64,000 nucleotides of DNA. Origin: Candidatus Cloacimonadota bacterium. GTDB taxonomy: Bacteria > Cloacimonadota > Cloacimonadia > Cloacimonadales > WRIO01. A model generated the notes under the pieces. That model saw only the letters and a program-made list of their open reading frames with translations. It did not search any database and was not told the origin of the DNA. Location of the stretch: assembly GCA_029564175.1 (NCBI GenBank), contig JAKQQL010000474.1:34441-98440 (forward strand). The letters are read 5' to 3'. A program made the position numbers and the translations under genes. This document shows, piece by piece, positions 20,155 to 30,157 of this stretch (positions within the stretch are counted from its first letter, which is position 1; each line of letters opens with the position of its first letter).

Positions 20155-22296
20155 ATGTTATGGATTAGTCTATTTGTTGTTATTAGTATTGTGTTGTTTA
20201 TCTTTCTAATTATTTTAAATGTGGGGAATATACAAAAGACCAATCATAAAATAGATGATTTAGAACAACTTGAAAAGAAAAAACTTGAAATGAAAGAATT
20301 AGAAGACCATCTTAAAAAATTAGCTGAAATCAATATATCTTACTCTAAAGAATTGGATACATTTACTGAATTTCATGAAACCGTTTTAAAAAAATCATCT
20401 GATTTAGAGTTGCAATTCAAAACTCTTTTTAATAATTCTCCAATTGGAATATGCCGAGTGTCTATAAGTGGAAAATATATTTACGCAAATTCTGCTTTAG
20501 CTAGAATGTTAGGCTATTTTGATGCCACTGAATTGACAAGTCTTGTTCAGAATACATCAGAACAAATATTTATGTTTCCAGATGAACGAAAAAGAGTTAT
20601 TAAAAAACTTTCCATTAAACCTTATGAACCAGTTTTAATTGAACATGAATTAAAAAAGAAAAATGGAACTTCCATATTTACAAGATGCAAGTATATGGGA
20701 GTATTAAATGAAAGAGAACAATTATCTTATATGGATGTTATAATAGAAGATATTTCTGATTTAAAGAAAAAAGAACAAGAGTTATATGATCAAAATGACA
20801 TGATCATGGAATTATTAAAAGAACAACAAGAAATGAATGATCATTTAGACAAACAGGTTAAAGAGAGAACAAAAGAATTAGAGAAAAAGAGATATGAATT
20901 AGAAAAGATGAATCATGAATTATTAAAAATGAAAAATCTTTTTGAGAACATGTATAAGAAAGCTCCAATTGGATTATTTAGATCAAGTATTTCAACTGGC
21001 AAATTTCTTTCTTGCAATGATGCAACTGCTCATATATTTGATGTAAGAAATGCTGACGAATTTCTTAAAATAGTTAATGCTTTAGATATTTGGGGAAATA
21101 AAAAAAGAAGAGATGAATTAATAGAACATTTTAAAAATCTTCCTTCAATGACTACCTATAATCATATTGATTATTGCCAAACACCAATATCTAAAAAAGA
21201 AAGATATGTATCTGTTTCAGAACTTGCCAATTTTGATGATGATTATTTTGAAGGAGCATTTATTGATGTCACGGAAGAGTATTTAGCTAAAAAGAAACTG
21301 GAAGAAATGAATAAAAATTTAGCTAAAATTGTTAATGAAAGAACACACAATCTAATTGAACAATATGCTTATACTCAACAATTAATATCAGAATTGGAAG
21401 AATCAAATAATCTTCTCAAAATAAAAACAAATAATCTTGAATTAAATCAATTAAAATTAAAATCTATCATAAAAACAATTCCTGACAGTATTATTGTTTG
21501 CAAAATAAATGGTAAAATAACCGAATCATATAATATTCCAATGAATTTATTTCATGGGGATCCAATCGATTCAATTTTATCTTTATTCAATTTAGATAAT
21601 TCTTCTTATTTAATAAAATGTTTTGAAAAAATTATTCAAGAACATCATCCTGAAATTCAAAGTGGTATGATAAAAGAATTATTTAATAATCAAATCAGTT
21701 GGTTTGAATATAATATTTTTAAAATGAATTCCGATCATGTTATTTTAGTTTTTAGAGATATTACTTCGAGAATGCAGACAAAAACATTATTAGATTCAAT
21801 ATTACAGTCAACACAGATTCTTTTAACTAAGAAGCCTTTTGAATGTGCTTTGTATGAATCTCTTGAATGGTTTGGTAAACTCAACAATGTTCAACGGGTA
21901 TTTGTTTATAAAAATGAGGAAGATTCCTATATGAGTTCATTGGTATCAGAATATCATGAAGACCATCTTTTTGATTTAAACAAAGATCAAAATAGACAAT
22001 TGGATTATCTAAAAATGTCTAATGACCTTTCAATTTATAATCAATTAAAACAGGGGAAATGTGTTGAATTTATTATGAAAAATGAAGACCATGAAAAAAT
22101 TCCAATAGTTGAGAGATTGAAACATAAAGGAGTTAAATCTATTTTATGTGTTCCTATTATTTTTCAATTGGATTTCTTAGGATATTTAGGAATTAGTGAT
22201 TATGTATCAGATAGGATTTGGTCAGAGACTGAAAAACAAACATTATTGACATTTGCAACTAACATTGGTTTGATGATGGAAAAGGAGAATTTTTGA
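20155..22296 (+). CDS. membrane-anchored PAS-PAS-PAS-GAF sensor protein without output domain
   Basis: N-terminal TM; LFNNSPIGI..G..YANSALARMLGY; DIS/DVT/DIT PAS C-caps; VKERT helices; C-terminal GAF (GVKSILCVPI..LGYLGISD..RIWSETE). Confidence 0.8.
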   Translation: MLWISLFVVISIVLFIFLIILNVGNIQKTNHKIDDLEQLEKKKLEMKELEDHLKKLAEINISYSKELDTFTEFHETVLKKSSDLELQFKTLFNNSPIGICRVSISGKYIYANSALARMLGYFDATELTSLVQNTSEQIFMFPDERKRVIKKLSIKPYEPVLIEHELKKKNGTSIFTRCKYMGVLNEREQLSYMDVIIEDISDLKKKEQELYDQNDMIMELLKEQQEMNDHLDKQVKERTKELEKKRYELEKMNHELLKMKNLFENMYKKAPIGLFRSSISTGKFLSCNDATAHIFDVRNADEFLKIVNALDIWGNKKRRDELIEHFKNLPSMTTYNHIDYCQTPISKKERYVSVSELANFDDDYFEGAFIDVTEEYLAKKKLEEMNKNLAKIVNERTHNLIEQYAYTQQLISELEESNNLLKIKTNNLELNQLKLKSIIKTIPDSIIVCKINGKITESYNIPMNLFHGDPIDSILSLFNLDNSSYLIKCFEKIIQEHHPEIQSGMIKELFNNQISWFEYNIFKMNSDHVILVFRDITSRMQTKTLLDSILQSTQILLTKKPFECALYESLEWFGKLNNVQRVFVYKNEEDSYMSSLVSEYHEDHLFDLNKDQNRQLDYLKMSNDLSIYNQLKQGKCVEFIMKNEDHEKIPIVERLKHKGVKSILCVPIIFQLDFLGYLGISDYVSDRIWSETEKQTLLTFATNIGLMMEKENF

Positions 22297-23351
22297 TGAA
22301 ATGTTGTAAACATCTAACAATTAGACAAAAATTATATTTTAGTTTGGTATTTACTTTTTTCATTTCATTCTTGTTAATCTTTGTTATTGGAAATCTTTAT
22401 ATTGAATTATCCTTTAAAGAATCTGATGAAAAATTACTTCAAAAAGAAATGAATTTGGCATCTCTTATCATTGGAAATTTTCAAGATAAAATTGATAGTT
22501 TTGTATATGATTATGCGCATTGGGAAGAAACATATAAATATACTTCTAATGATAATAAAGAATTTGTTAATAGGGAATTGTTAAATAATTTTACTATTTC
22601 ATCAAATTATATTGACATATTACAAATCATTTCTGTGAATGGAGATATTCTTTTTCAATATGATTACACAATATTGAAAACTGGAATACCAAAAGAATTC
22701 TTAACAGTTAATAAACAATTCATTAATAATAAAAACGATAGTTCTATTTCTGGATATTATTTTGTGGAATCAAGAAATGAAATGTATTATATTGTTTCAT
22801 ATCCAATTGTTTGCCCAAAACATAAAGAATATCCAACTAAAGCTAGTTTGGTTGGTATTGGTAAATTGAATTGGAATAAAATATTTCCAAGAGGCTTTTC
22901 ACTTTTTGATTCAACAATTGATTTTCAATTTAAACCTCCATTTGATTTGAAACAAAACATGAAAATTCAAAATACACAAGGTCAATTATTTTCAGAATAT
23001 ATTTTAAAAGATGTTCAGGATAGACCCGTTGGTAAAATTCAATTAACAAAATCATTTGAAATCAAAAATACTTTAGATTCATTTTTTACCTTAATAATGT
23101 TTATTTTCTTAATAGTTTTTATTTTTTTTCTAACACTTCTTTTTTACTTTTTCATTTCCATTTTTAGGAAAATTAATCAGGTTTGTCTCATCATATATGA
23201 AATTAATAATATGGGATCATTAGATGAAATTGAAAATCTAAATATTCAAGAAAAACAATGTCAGTTCGACAATAAAAATGAATTTGAATTTTTAGATTGC
23301 CAACTTTATAAAATGATTAATAAATATTTCAATAAGGGAAGACATATCTAA
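22296..23351 (+). CDS. CHASE4-like extracytoplasmic sensor membrane protein without output domain
   Basis: TM, then DYAHWEETYKY (CHASE4-type motif), second TM and HAMP-like remnant (NEFEFL); TGATG coupling. Confidence 0.7.
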   Translation: MKCCKHLTIRQKLYFSLVFTFFISFLLIFVIGNLYIELSFKESDEKLLQKEMNLASLIIGNFQDKIDSFVYDYAHWEETYKYTSNDNKEFVNRELLNNFTISSNYIDILQIISVNGDILFQYDYTILKTGIPKEFLTVNKQFINNKNDSSISGYYFVESRNEMYYIVSYPIVCPKHKEYPTKASLVGIGKLNWNKIFPRGFSLFDSTIDFQFKPPFDLKQNMKIQNTQGQLFSEYILKDVQDRPVGKIQLTKSFEIKNTLDSFFTLIMFIFLIVFIFFLTLLFYFFISIFRKINQVCLIIYEINNMGSLDEIENLNIQEKQCQFDNKNEFEFLDCQLYKMINKYFNKGRHI

Positions 23352-23352
23352 A

Positions 23353-24144
23353 ATGAGCGATAGATTTTGGGAATTTTTAGAAACGGTTCTTAAAAAGGAT
23401 AAGGATGTTTTTCTAGCGATAATCTTTTTGGCAATCCCCCTTGGTTTATTAGGTTTTGGGATTATTACACCTGATCATTTTTTCAGTTTAGAAAAACCAG
23501 TCATAATCTTTTTTATCATATCATTTATTCTAATACTATTCTTTTTCATTTTCGTTAGAATAAATAAAATTTTAAAAGTTGTTGGAGAAGGTTCATCATC
23601 AAGTCGAGCCTCATCACCTGAATATACACAAATTGTACAATTAATGACTGAAATCTCAAAATACTTAAATGATCGACATGATGAAAATTTAAAATTGGTC
23701 ACACAAATGATTCAAGTTCAACAGGCTCTTAAAAAGATGCCTAGTAAAAAACAAATCATTATGATGGTCGAATATGGATTAATGACACTAACATTTAACC
23801 TAATAGAAACCTTAATAGCTTTTTCAAGACAAAATGTGAATCTTATACAAAATCAAAATACTCAACAAAATTTAATTCGAAAAGCAGAATTAGACATTAG
23901 TGATGCAAAAAATGAATTTTTAAAAATCATTAATGTTCATTTAAACAGGTTGGTATCACCTGAAATATATTCACAAATGGAATATGAATTAGATCAATAT
24001 TTAACGGACACTGTTAGAATTATTTTACGTGATCAAGCAAATCTTGAAGATAAAATTATAAATATCAATCTTCTTGCAAGAACTCTCTCAAACAATATTT
24101 TAGGTTTAATTGCAAATAATTTGAAATGGCCTGACGAGGATTGA
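23353..24144 (+). CDS. two-TM membrane protein with helical cytoplasmic domain
   Basis: two hydrophobic N-terminal segments; coupled to neighbours. Confidence 0.65.
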   Translation: MSDRFWEFLETVLKKDKDVFLAIIFLAIPLGLLGFGIITPDHFFSLEKPVIIFFIISFILILFFFIFVRINKILKVVGEGSSSSRASSPEYTQIVQLMTEISKYLNDRHDENLKLVTQMIQVQQALKKMPSKKQIIMMVEYGLMTLTFNLIETLIAFSRQNVNLIQNQNTQQNLIRKAELDISDAKNEFLKIINVHLNRLVSPEIYSQMEYELDQYLTDTVRIILRDQANLEDKIININLLARTLSNNILGLIANNLKWPDED

Positions 24145-25160
24145 TGGTTATGACTTCGACAAATTTATTAATAATCTTGTGTGTTGTAATAATTGTTCTT
24201 TTAATTATTGGCTATAATTCCAATGAAGACAATAATTTTAACAAAAAGAAAAAGAACATTGAGGAAAAAAAGAAAAGAAAGGATGACCTCAATGTTATTA
24301 AGAACCTAACAAAAGAAATAGCTCAAAAGGATGAACAATCAACTCAATTAATTCAAGAATTTCTCAAAAGAGAAACTGCTTCAATCATAATGAGTGAAGA
24401 GAAAAATAGATTTTACGAATCAATTATGGATCACACATCTTCACCAATTTATGTTCAGGATATGAAAGGAAAATTTATTTTAATAAATAAAGCTTTTACA
24501 GAAATGTTTAAAATAAATAAATCAGAACTTGATCTACAAAAATATAACAATACTAATTTTCTAAATAGGCTTCTTACGGATTTTGACATGCATGAAAATC
24601 TTTTGTCTGATGCTTTTGTATTTGATTATAAAGAACCAACTTCTTGTTTATTTCAATTGACAAATGGAAAGGTTATTACCATTAAAAAAACCTATTATCA
24701 AAATTCTGTGATGGAATCTTTTCTAATTGGTATTATTAGTGATATTTCAGAACTACACAAAGAAAAGGAAGCTGTTTCTTATGAAAAGAATATGTTAGAA
24801 CTGATTCTAGATTCATTACCATTACCAATTTTCGTGACAGATGAAAACCTCATTGTTCTTAAAGTTAATAAAACACTGTGTGAATTATTTGGAAAAGAAA
24901 AGTCTGATTTCATCAATACGAAATATTGTTGTAAAGATATGTTTCAGTGTGGCCAATGTAATCCTTGCCAAATTGATGAAAAACAAGAATTTTCTGAGAA
25001 GATATTTTTAAATGGTCAATTAATAGAACAAAAGAGATATGTTATTATTATTAGTAAAGCATTTTTATTGAATGAAAACAAACATTTTGTAATTTCAATG
25101 TTTGATAAAAAACACGAGTATGGACTTTTTCAGAATTGCGGTGATTCAAACCATGATTAA
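24144..25160 (+). CDS. membrane-anchored PAS-PAS protein without output domain
   Basis: TM; SIMDHTSSPIYVQDMKGKFILINKAF..DISE; LILDSLPLPIFVTDENLIVLKVNK. Confidence 0.75.
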   Translation: MVMTSTNLLIILCVVIIVLLIIGYNSNEDNNFNKKKKNIEEKKKRKDDLNVIKNLTKEIAQKDEQSTQLIQEFLKRETASIIMSEEKNRFYESIMDHTSSPIYVQDMKGKFILINKAFTEMFKINKSELDLQKYNNTNFLNRLLTDFDMHENLLSDAFVFDYKEPTSCLFQLTNGKVITIKKTYYQNSVMESFLIGIISDISELHKEKEAVSYEKNMLELILDSLPLPIFVTDENLIVLKVNKTLCELFGKEKSDFINTKYCCKDMFQCGQCNPCQIDEKQEFSEKIFLNGQLIEQKRYVIIISKAFLLNENKHFVISMFDKKHEYGLFQNCGDSNHD

Positions 25161-25761
25161 GTATCTTAGAGAAAAAATATCATTCTTATTTTTGATCATC
25201 ATTTCAATATCTTTTTTATTGTTGAATGGAATGAATCATATTGAAGCTTATAATAAGTATGCTAAATCAGTTTGGAAAAACAATTATTCCTTTATTTTAG
25301 AATCAACTTCTAAGAACATTTCAAATTACATTCAACTCAATAAAAACATTAAACCATTTAATGAAAGTCTTAAAGAAGCTTTAATATATTATGTCAAAAG
25401 TTTTTCTCTTCATGATTCATATACAAATTTCTTTTTTTATGAAACACAAGAGAATGATTTGATAAATGATTCTTTTATTGATCAATTCAAAGATAAGATT
25501 TATTATAAATTAGAAAATGATCCAAATGATATTATCAAAATGTCATCAATAGAAAATTATCTAATACTAACACAAAAATTTATGTTATTGGAAAATAAAA
25601 CTGTCTTATTGGGTATCTTAATTACACAATCAGATTTAATTGAATATTCAAATACTTATCTTTTTATTGATAGAGAAATCAATAATATTTTCTTCTTTGG
25701 AATATTTATTATTTTGTTAATTCTCTATGATTATTATCTATATGTGAAAAATGAGGGATAA
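25153..25761 (+). CDS. two-TM protein with extracytoplasmic (Cache-like?) domain
   Basis: ATG at 25153 overlapping the previous stop; TM, about 150-aa domain, TM, then end. Confidence 0.6.
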   Translation: MIKYLREKISFLFLIIISISFLLLNGMNHIEAYNKYAKSVWKNNYSFILESTSKNISNYIQLNKNIKPFNESLKEALIYYVKSFSLHDSYTNFFFYETQENDLINDSFIDQFKDKIYYKLENDPNDIIKMSSIENYLILTQKFMLLENKTVLLGILITQSDLIEYSNTYLFIDREINNIFFFGIFIILLILYDYYLYVKNEG

Positions 25762-25764
25762 TGA

Positions 25765-26094
25765 ATGGCAGATTTTAAACTAGAATTACTTGTTCAAGTA
25801 GCATTAAATCAAGAATCAACTGTTTTATATACTGTTCCAAATGGAAAAACCTGTATTATAACAGAATGTATTTTATGTAATACTTCACCGAATGATGTAA
25901 ATATTTATCAGTCTTTCGTTAAAAGGGCTGAAGGACTTAGCACTAAAAATACAATTATTAAAGATTTAACCCTTAAACCAAATGAAACTTATCGAATGAC
26001 ATTTAGCACATTTCTTGCCCCATATACGACAATTAGAATGCATGCAACAGAAGAGAATGTTGTCTCTTGCCAAATATCTGGAGTTCTGATATAA
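25765..26094 (+). CDS. small beta-sandwich phage protein
   Basis: TVLYTVPNGKTCII..ILCNTS pattern seen in phage structural regions. Confidence 0.55.
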   Translation: MADFKLELLVQVALNQESTVLYTVPNGKTCIITECILCNTSPNDVNIYQSFVKRAEGLSTKNTIIKDLTLKPNETYRMTFSTFLAPYTTIRMHATEENVVSCQISGVLI

Positions 26095-26109
26095 TAGGGA
26101 AGGCATAAT

Positions 26110-26406
26110 ATGTTTAGGTCAATAAATCAAAGATTATCAAATGATACAACAAGATTACAAGAACCTATTGTTATTGATCAAAATGTTCAGGGGATTAAAA
26201 AAGGTAATGGTTTGTTTGCTGGAAATAATTTAGAAACTGTAATTGCACATGGTTTGGGATATGCCCCAAAATACGTAAATGTAATTCCAATAAATAATCC
26301 TCAAGGGACTTTGGGCGAAATATGGACACGAATGGATCAAACAAATATTTATGTTGGGAATACTGGAACATTTACAGGTCAATTTGTTTGGATTGTAATT
26401 AAATAG
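26110..26406 (+). CDS. small tail-fiber-tip-like beta protein
   Basis: VIAHGLGYAPKYVNVIP...FVWIV. Confidence 0.5.
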   Translation: MFRSINQRLSNDTTRLQEPIVIDQNVQGIKKGNGLFAGNNLETVIAHGLGYAPKYVNVIPINNPQGTLGEIWTRMDQTNIYVGNTGTFTGQFVWIVIK

Positions 26407-26421
26407 AAGGAGTAGGATGAA

Positions 26422-27930
26422 ATGGATTTATCCACAGTTGAAAAAATATATCAACAAGATTATAAATCAGTTCCAATTATGAATTCGACATATATTATTA
26501 CTGGTAAATGTAGTCTTGCATGTAAATATTGTTTTGAGAGAGGTATGCCTGCTTCAAAAAGAAAGGACATGTCCAGTCAAGTAGCTATTCAAGGAATGGA
26601 ATTTCTTTTTGAAAATTCAAAACATATGCCAAATAATAGATCAATTTCAATTATGTTGTTCGGCGGAGAACCAACAATGAATCCACGAACAATTATTAGT
26701 CTAATAAATCATTATAAAAATAATATTAAACCAAGATATCCAAATAGAAATTTTAGCATGAATATTATCACGAATTGTTGTCAATTATCAGATGAACTTT
26801 ATAATTGTTTTCTTGAGAATGCACAATTAATAAATCTTTCTTGCCAGGTGTCAATTGATGGCATGCCAGAGATTCAAGATTTAAATAGAATACAGCCAAA
26901 TGGAAAAGGTTCTTCTCATTTAATTCCAGATACATTAAATAAATGGAAACATATTTTTAAACATGATCCAAAACGATTGAATGTTCATGGGTGTTGCTCA
27001 CCTGAAACCATTTCTTATTTATATGAAAATTATTGTTATTTTAAAGATGTTTATGGAATTTCCCAAATTTGGTTTTTACCAGTTCCAGAATTGGATTGGA
27101 AACCAGAACATGTAAAGATTTATGATGAACAAATGAATAAAATTTACCATGATGTTCTCAATGACGTTAAAAAAACTGGCGATGTTAATCAAGCATTCTG
27201 TTATGCTCCTTTAGATAGATTTATGTCATGTGATTTTCCAGATAAACCTTGTGGAGCTGGAACAGATTATTGCACAATAACACAAGATGGAGATTTATTT
27301 CCTTGCCATCAACTTTATTTTTGTGATAAAGAAAATGAGACATGCATGGGAAATATTTGGGATGGTGTTGATGATGACAAAAGAAGAATCTTTTTAGAGT
27401 ATGATAGTTTTGATTTAACCTGTCCATCTTCATGTGATCATGGAGCTTGTTATAGATGTTTTGCTTCCAATTATCAAAATCGTGGATCAATGTTATCTCA
27501 AATAAGAGGATATTATTGTTCGATGATGAAAATAGATCAGAAATATGAAAGAATGTTAAAGGAGGAACTTTTTAAAATGGGACTATTAAATGGAGAAAAT
27601 ATGAACCACAATCCAAATTGTCTATGTGATTCTCGTGGCGATCAAAATGTTTGCCATAAAGAATGTAATGGAGAATGCCAGGGGGAATGTGGCAATGAAT
27701 ATTGCCAAGATGGTTGCCACGATTGCCATTGCGGAAGTGAAGATCAACATATTAAATCTCAATGGCAAGATAAAGTTTGTAATTCTGAATTTGAAATAGA
27801 TACATTTACTGATGAACAGGGTAATGAAATTACAATTAAGAGGCGAAAGAAACAAACCAATATTGATGAAGCTATTAATATTTTGTCTCAAGCATTCAGT
27901 GAAGTTATTAAATTACTTCAACAGAGGTAA
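26422..27930 (+). CDS. radical SAM/SPASM maturase with Cys-rich C-terminal extension
   Basis: CSLACKYC; FGGEP; SIDG; SPASM CGAG..DGDLFPCH and CPSSCDHGACYRC..YYC. Confidence 0.9.
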   Translation: MDLSTVEKIYQQDYKSVPIMNSTYIITGKCSLACKYCFERGMPASKRKDMSSQVAIQGMEFLFENSKHMPNNRSISIMLFGGEPTMNPRTIISLINHYKNNIKPRYPNRNFSMNIITNCCQLSDELYNCFLENAQLINLSCQVSIDGMPEIQDLNRIQPNGKGSSHLIPDTLNKWKHIFKHDPKRLNVHGCCSPETISYLYENYCYFKDVYGISQIWFLPVPELDWKPEHVKIYDEQMNKIYHDVLNDVKKTGDVNQAFCYAPLDRFMSCDFPDKPCGAGTDYCTITQDGDLFPCHQLYFCDKENETCMGNIWDGVDDDKRRIFLEYDSFDLTCPSSCDHGACYRCFASNYQNRGSMLSQIRGYYCSMMKIDQKYERMLKEELFKMGLLNGENMNHNPNCLCDSRGDQNVCHKECNGECQGECGNEYCQDGCHDCHCGSEDQHIKSQWQDKVCNSEFEIDTFTDEQGNEITIKRRKKQTNIDEAINILSQAFSEVIKLLQQR

Positions 27931-27937
27931 TTTTTAA

Positions 27938-28846
27938 ATGATGAAACGAGTTGAAACGTATGTTGTATATGTATCCGGCAGATGTAATTGCAATTGTCAT
28001 TATTGTTATCTTAAAACTGGTGGGTTGAACCCAAAACTCGATTATGATTTTGATACAGATATTAAACCATTATTGGACAACATCAAGAAATCTACTGAAC
28101 CATTTGTAATTGAATTTCTTGGTGGTGATCCGATTGTAGATGACTTATCTGTTTTAAATTTAATCAAAACGGTTAATTATTTTCCAACTGGTCAGCCTTT
28201 CATTATTACAACAAATGGAACAAGGTTGCCAAATGAAATACTCGAATTGTTAAAATCAAATCCAAATATTTATTGGGCGGCTTCAATGGATGGAACAAAG
28301 TGGGCTAATCAATTGAGAATTACCAAAGATGGATATAATACTTATGATTTGGTAATGGAAAATATTAAGACTCTTAAAATGAATAATATTCCTGATAAAC
28401 AAATTGGCATTCACTTAATTACACATCCTTATAATATTGCTTTTCTGGAACAAAGTATTGATCATCTTTACAAAAAAGGCATTAGAAATTTTGGAATTGG
28501 AACAGTAGAATCTACCATGAAGATAGGATATGAATATTGTTCTAGATTCATATATGAATTGAATCAAGTTTCTACCAATATTTGCAATGGTAAATATCCT
28601 GAAATTGGTATTGATTTATTTAATGGTATTAAACCAAGAGAAGATATCAGGCAATATATACACGATGGTAATGGAAATATTATTGGTGAATCTTATGGAA
28701 GAAATAAAGATGATTTTACACAAACTGATACTTTTAATGTTCAAAAATGTGATAATACAAAGAGAAATTTAATTCAAGAAATTCGTGAAGAAGTCTATTG
28801 GAATCATCAAGATAATCTCAAAAAGAGGCTCTTTCATAATAAATAG
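27938..28846 (+). CDS. radical SAM protein lacking a recognisable SPASM domain
   Basis: CNCNCHYC; FLGGDP; TTNGT; ASMDG..NQLR. Confidence 0.85.
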   Translation: MMKRVETYVVYVSGRCNCNCHYCYLKTGGLNPKLDYDFDTDIKPLLDNIKKSTEPFVIEFLGGDPIVDDLSVLNLIKTVNYFPTGQPFIITTNGTRLPNEILELLKSNPNIYWAASMDGTKWANQLRITKDGYNTYDLVMENIKTLKMNNIPDKQIGIHLITHPYNIAFLEQSIDHLYKKGIRNFGIGTVESTMKIGYEYCSRFIYELNQVSTNICNGKYPEIGIDLFNGIKPREDIRQYIHDGNGNIIGESYGRNKDDFTQTDTFNVQKCDNTKRNLIQEIREEVYWNHQDNLKKRLFHNK

Positions 28847-28857
28847 GGTGAATTTTA

Positions 28858-30111
28858 ATGGCAATTTTAATAGCAAATGAATTTTTTCTAAAACAAATTT
28901 TAGAAATGGCCAAAAGAAGAAAAGGACATACCATTTCGGATATAGATAACCAATGGGAGTCTTTGGATAAATTAAAAAACCTAATAAATAATATGGTTCA
29001 AAATAGAATTCAAACACAAGATATCTGTCATTGCAATGTTAGAACATCTTCATGTGATTGTTTTAATAGAAGTTCAACAGTTTCAACATGTCTTTGTAAT
29101 TTAAGAACAGTTGGATGTGAATGTCAGGGGCGAATTATGGTTTGCCCCTCTCATTCACCAACACCATATTCTAATACTTCTATTAGTTTAAAAGAATTGC
29201 AAGATAAGGTAAAATCATTAAGAGGTCAAACATTGAATAATTATCCATATCCCGGATGTTCTTGCCAAAATAGAACCAGCGACCCTATTTGCACTTGTCA
29301 AACTCGAACTGGAACATGTAATTGTGTTTCTCGAACACCGTCTGCAGATATATGCATTTGTAATATTTATGCGTGTGTTTGTGTTTCTAGAACAAGTGTG
29401 CCGGGGCAATGGGGAGAACAATGTTATGAATATGCTCCAAGATATAAAGATTGGCCAACCAATTTTCCATCTGGAGGAAATCAAGGATGGGATAGTTCTT
29501 GGACTGTTAGTGGACAATATATTTATGATGTTTGTCAATGTAAGGTTCGGACTATCCATCAACATGCATGTCATTGCAATTACAGAACTGGATTATGTCA
29601 TGCTGTATCGACATGCCCATCAGACAATATTAATGTTCCAGGTAGCACTTATTGTCAGTGTAATTGTTATCAATGGCCAAGTGGGCCACATTGTGAGTGT
29701 AAGTATCGTGTAAGTGGGTGTAGAGAACAAGAAAGATGCACGTGCAATATGAGATCACCCTGTTCAAAAGATTTAAAATTTCCAGGCACTGCAAGTCAGA
29801 TCTGTTTAGTTTCCCCCTCGGCAACTTGCACAAATAGGTCGTATGATGGTGCACCATCATGCCCAAGTTTTATGCCAACTGGAACAGGTATTGGCGGATC
29901 AGATGATGAAGCATCTTCTATGTGTAATACAGTTTCAAATAATAGTCCACGATGTGATTGCCAGTCAAGAACTCCAACAACACCAGTTTGTAATTGCAAC
30001 TTACAAAATCCATGTGATTGTGTTTCAAGAACTTATACTGATCCACATATATGCAATACGAGATGTGGATGCAATGTTGTTTCAACATATGATACCATTA
30101 TTAATGATTAA
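28858..30111 (+). CDS. Cys-rich repeat protein (14 CxCxxR units), candidate radical SAM substrate
   Basis: counted in the translation; directly follows two rSAM genes. Confidence 0.75.
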   Translation: MAILIANEFFLKQILEMAKRRKGHTISDIDNQWESLDKLKNLINNMVQNRIQTQDICHCNVRTSSCDCFNRSSTVSTCLCNLRTVGCECQGRIMVCPSHSPTPYSNTSISLKELQDKVKSLRGQTLNNYPYPGCSCQNRTSDPICTCQTRTGTCNCVSRTPSADICICNIYACVCVSRTSVPGQWGEQCYEYAPRYKDWPTNFPSGGNQGWDSSWTVSGQYIYDVCQCKVRTIHQHACHCNYRTGLCHAVSTCPSDNINVPGSTYCQCNCYQWPSGPHCECKYRVSGCREQERCTCNMRSPCSKDLKFPGTASQICLVSPSATCTNRSYDGAPSCPSFMPTGTGIGGSDDEASSMCNTVSNNSPRCDCQSRTPTTPVCNCNLQNPCDCVSRTYTDPHICNTRCGCNVVSTYDTIIND

Positions 30112-30118
30112 ACAACTT

Positions 30119-30153
30119 AAATTAGGCTAGGATAATTTCTAGCCTAATTTTTT
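30119..30153 (+). terminator. intrinsic terminator after the rSAM operon
   Basis: AAATTAGGCTAG..CTAGCCTAATTT plus T run. Confidence 0.85.
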
Positions 30154-30157
30154 ATAT

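Noticed and set aside
28858..30111. CRISPR-like or nucleotide tandem array in the Cys-rich gene
   Set aside because: Repeats are at the amino-acid level with divergent codons and irregular spacing
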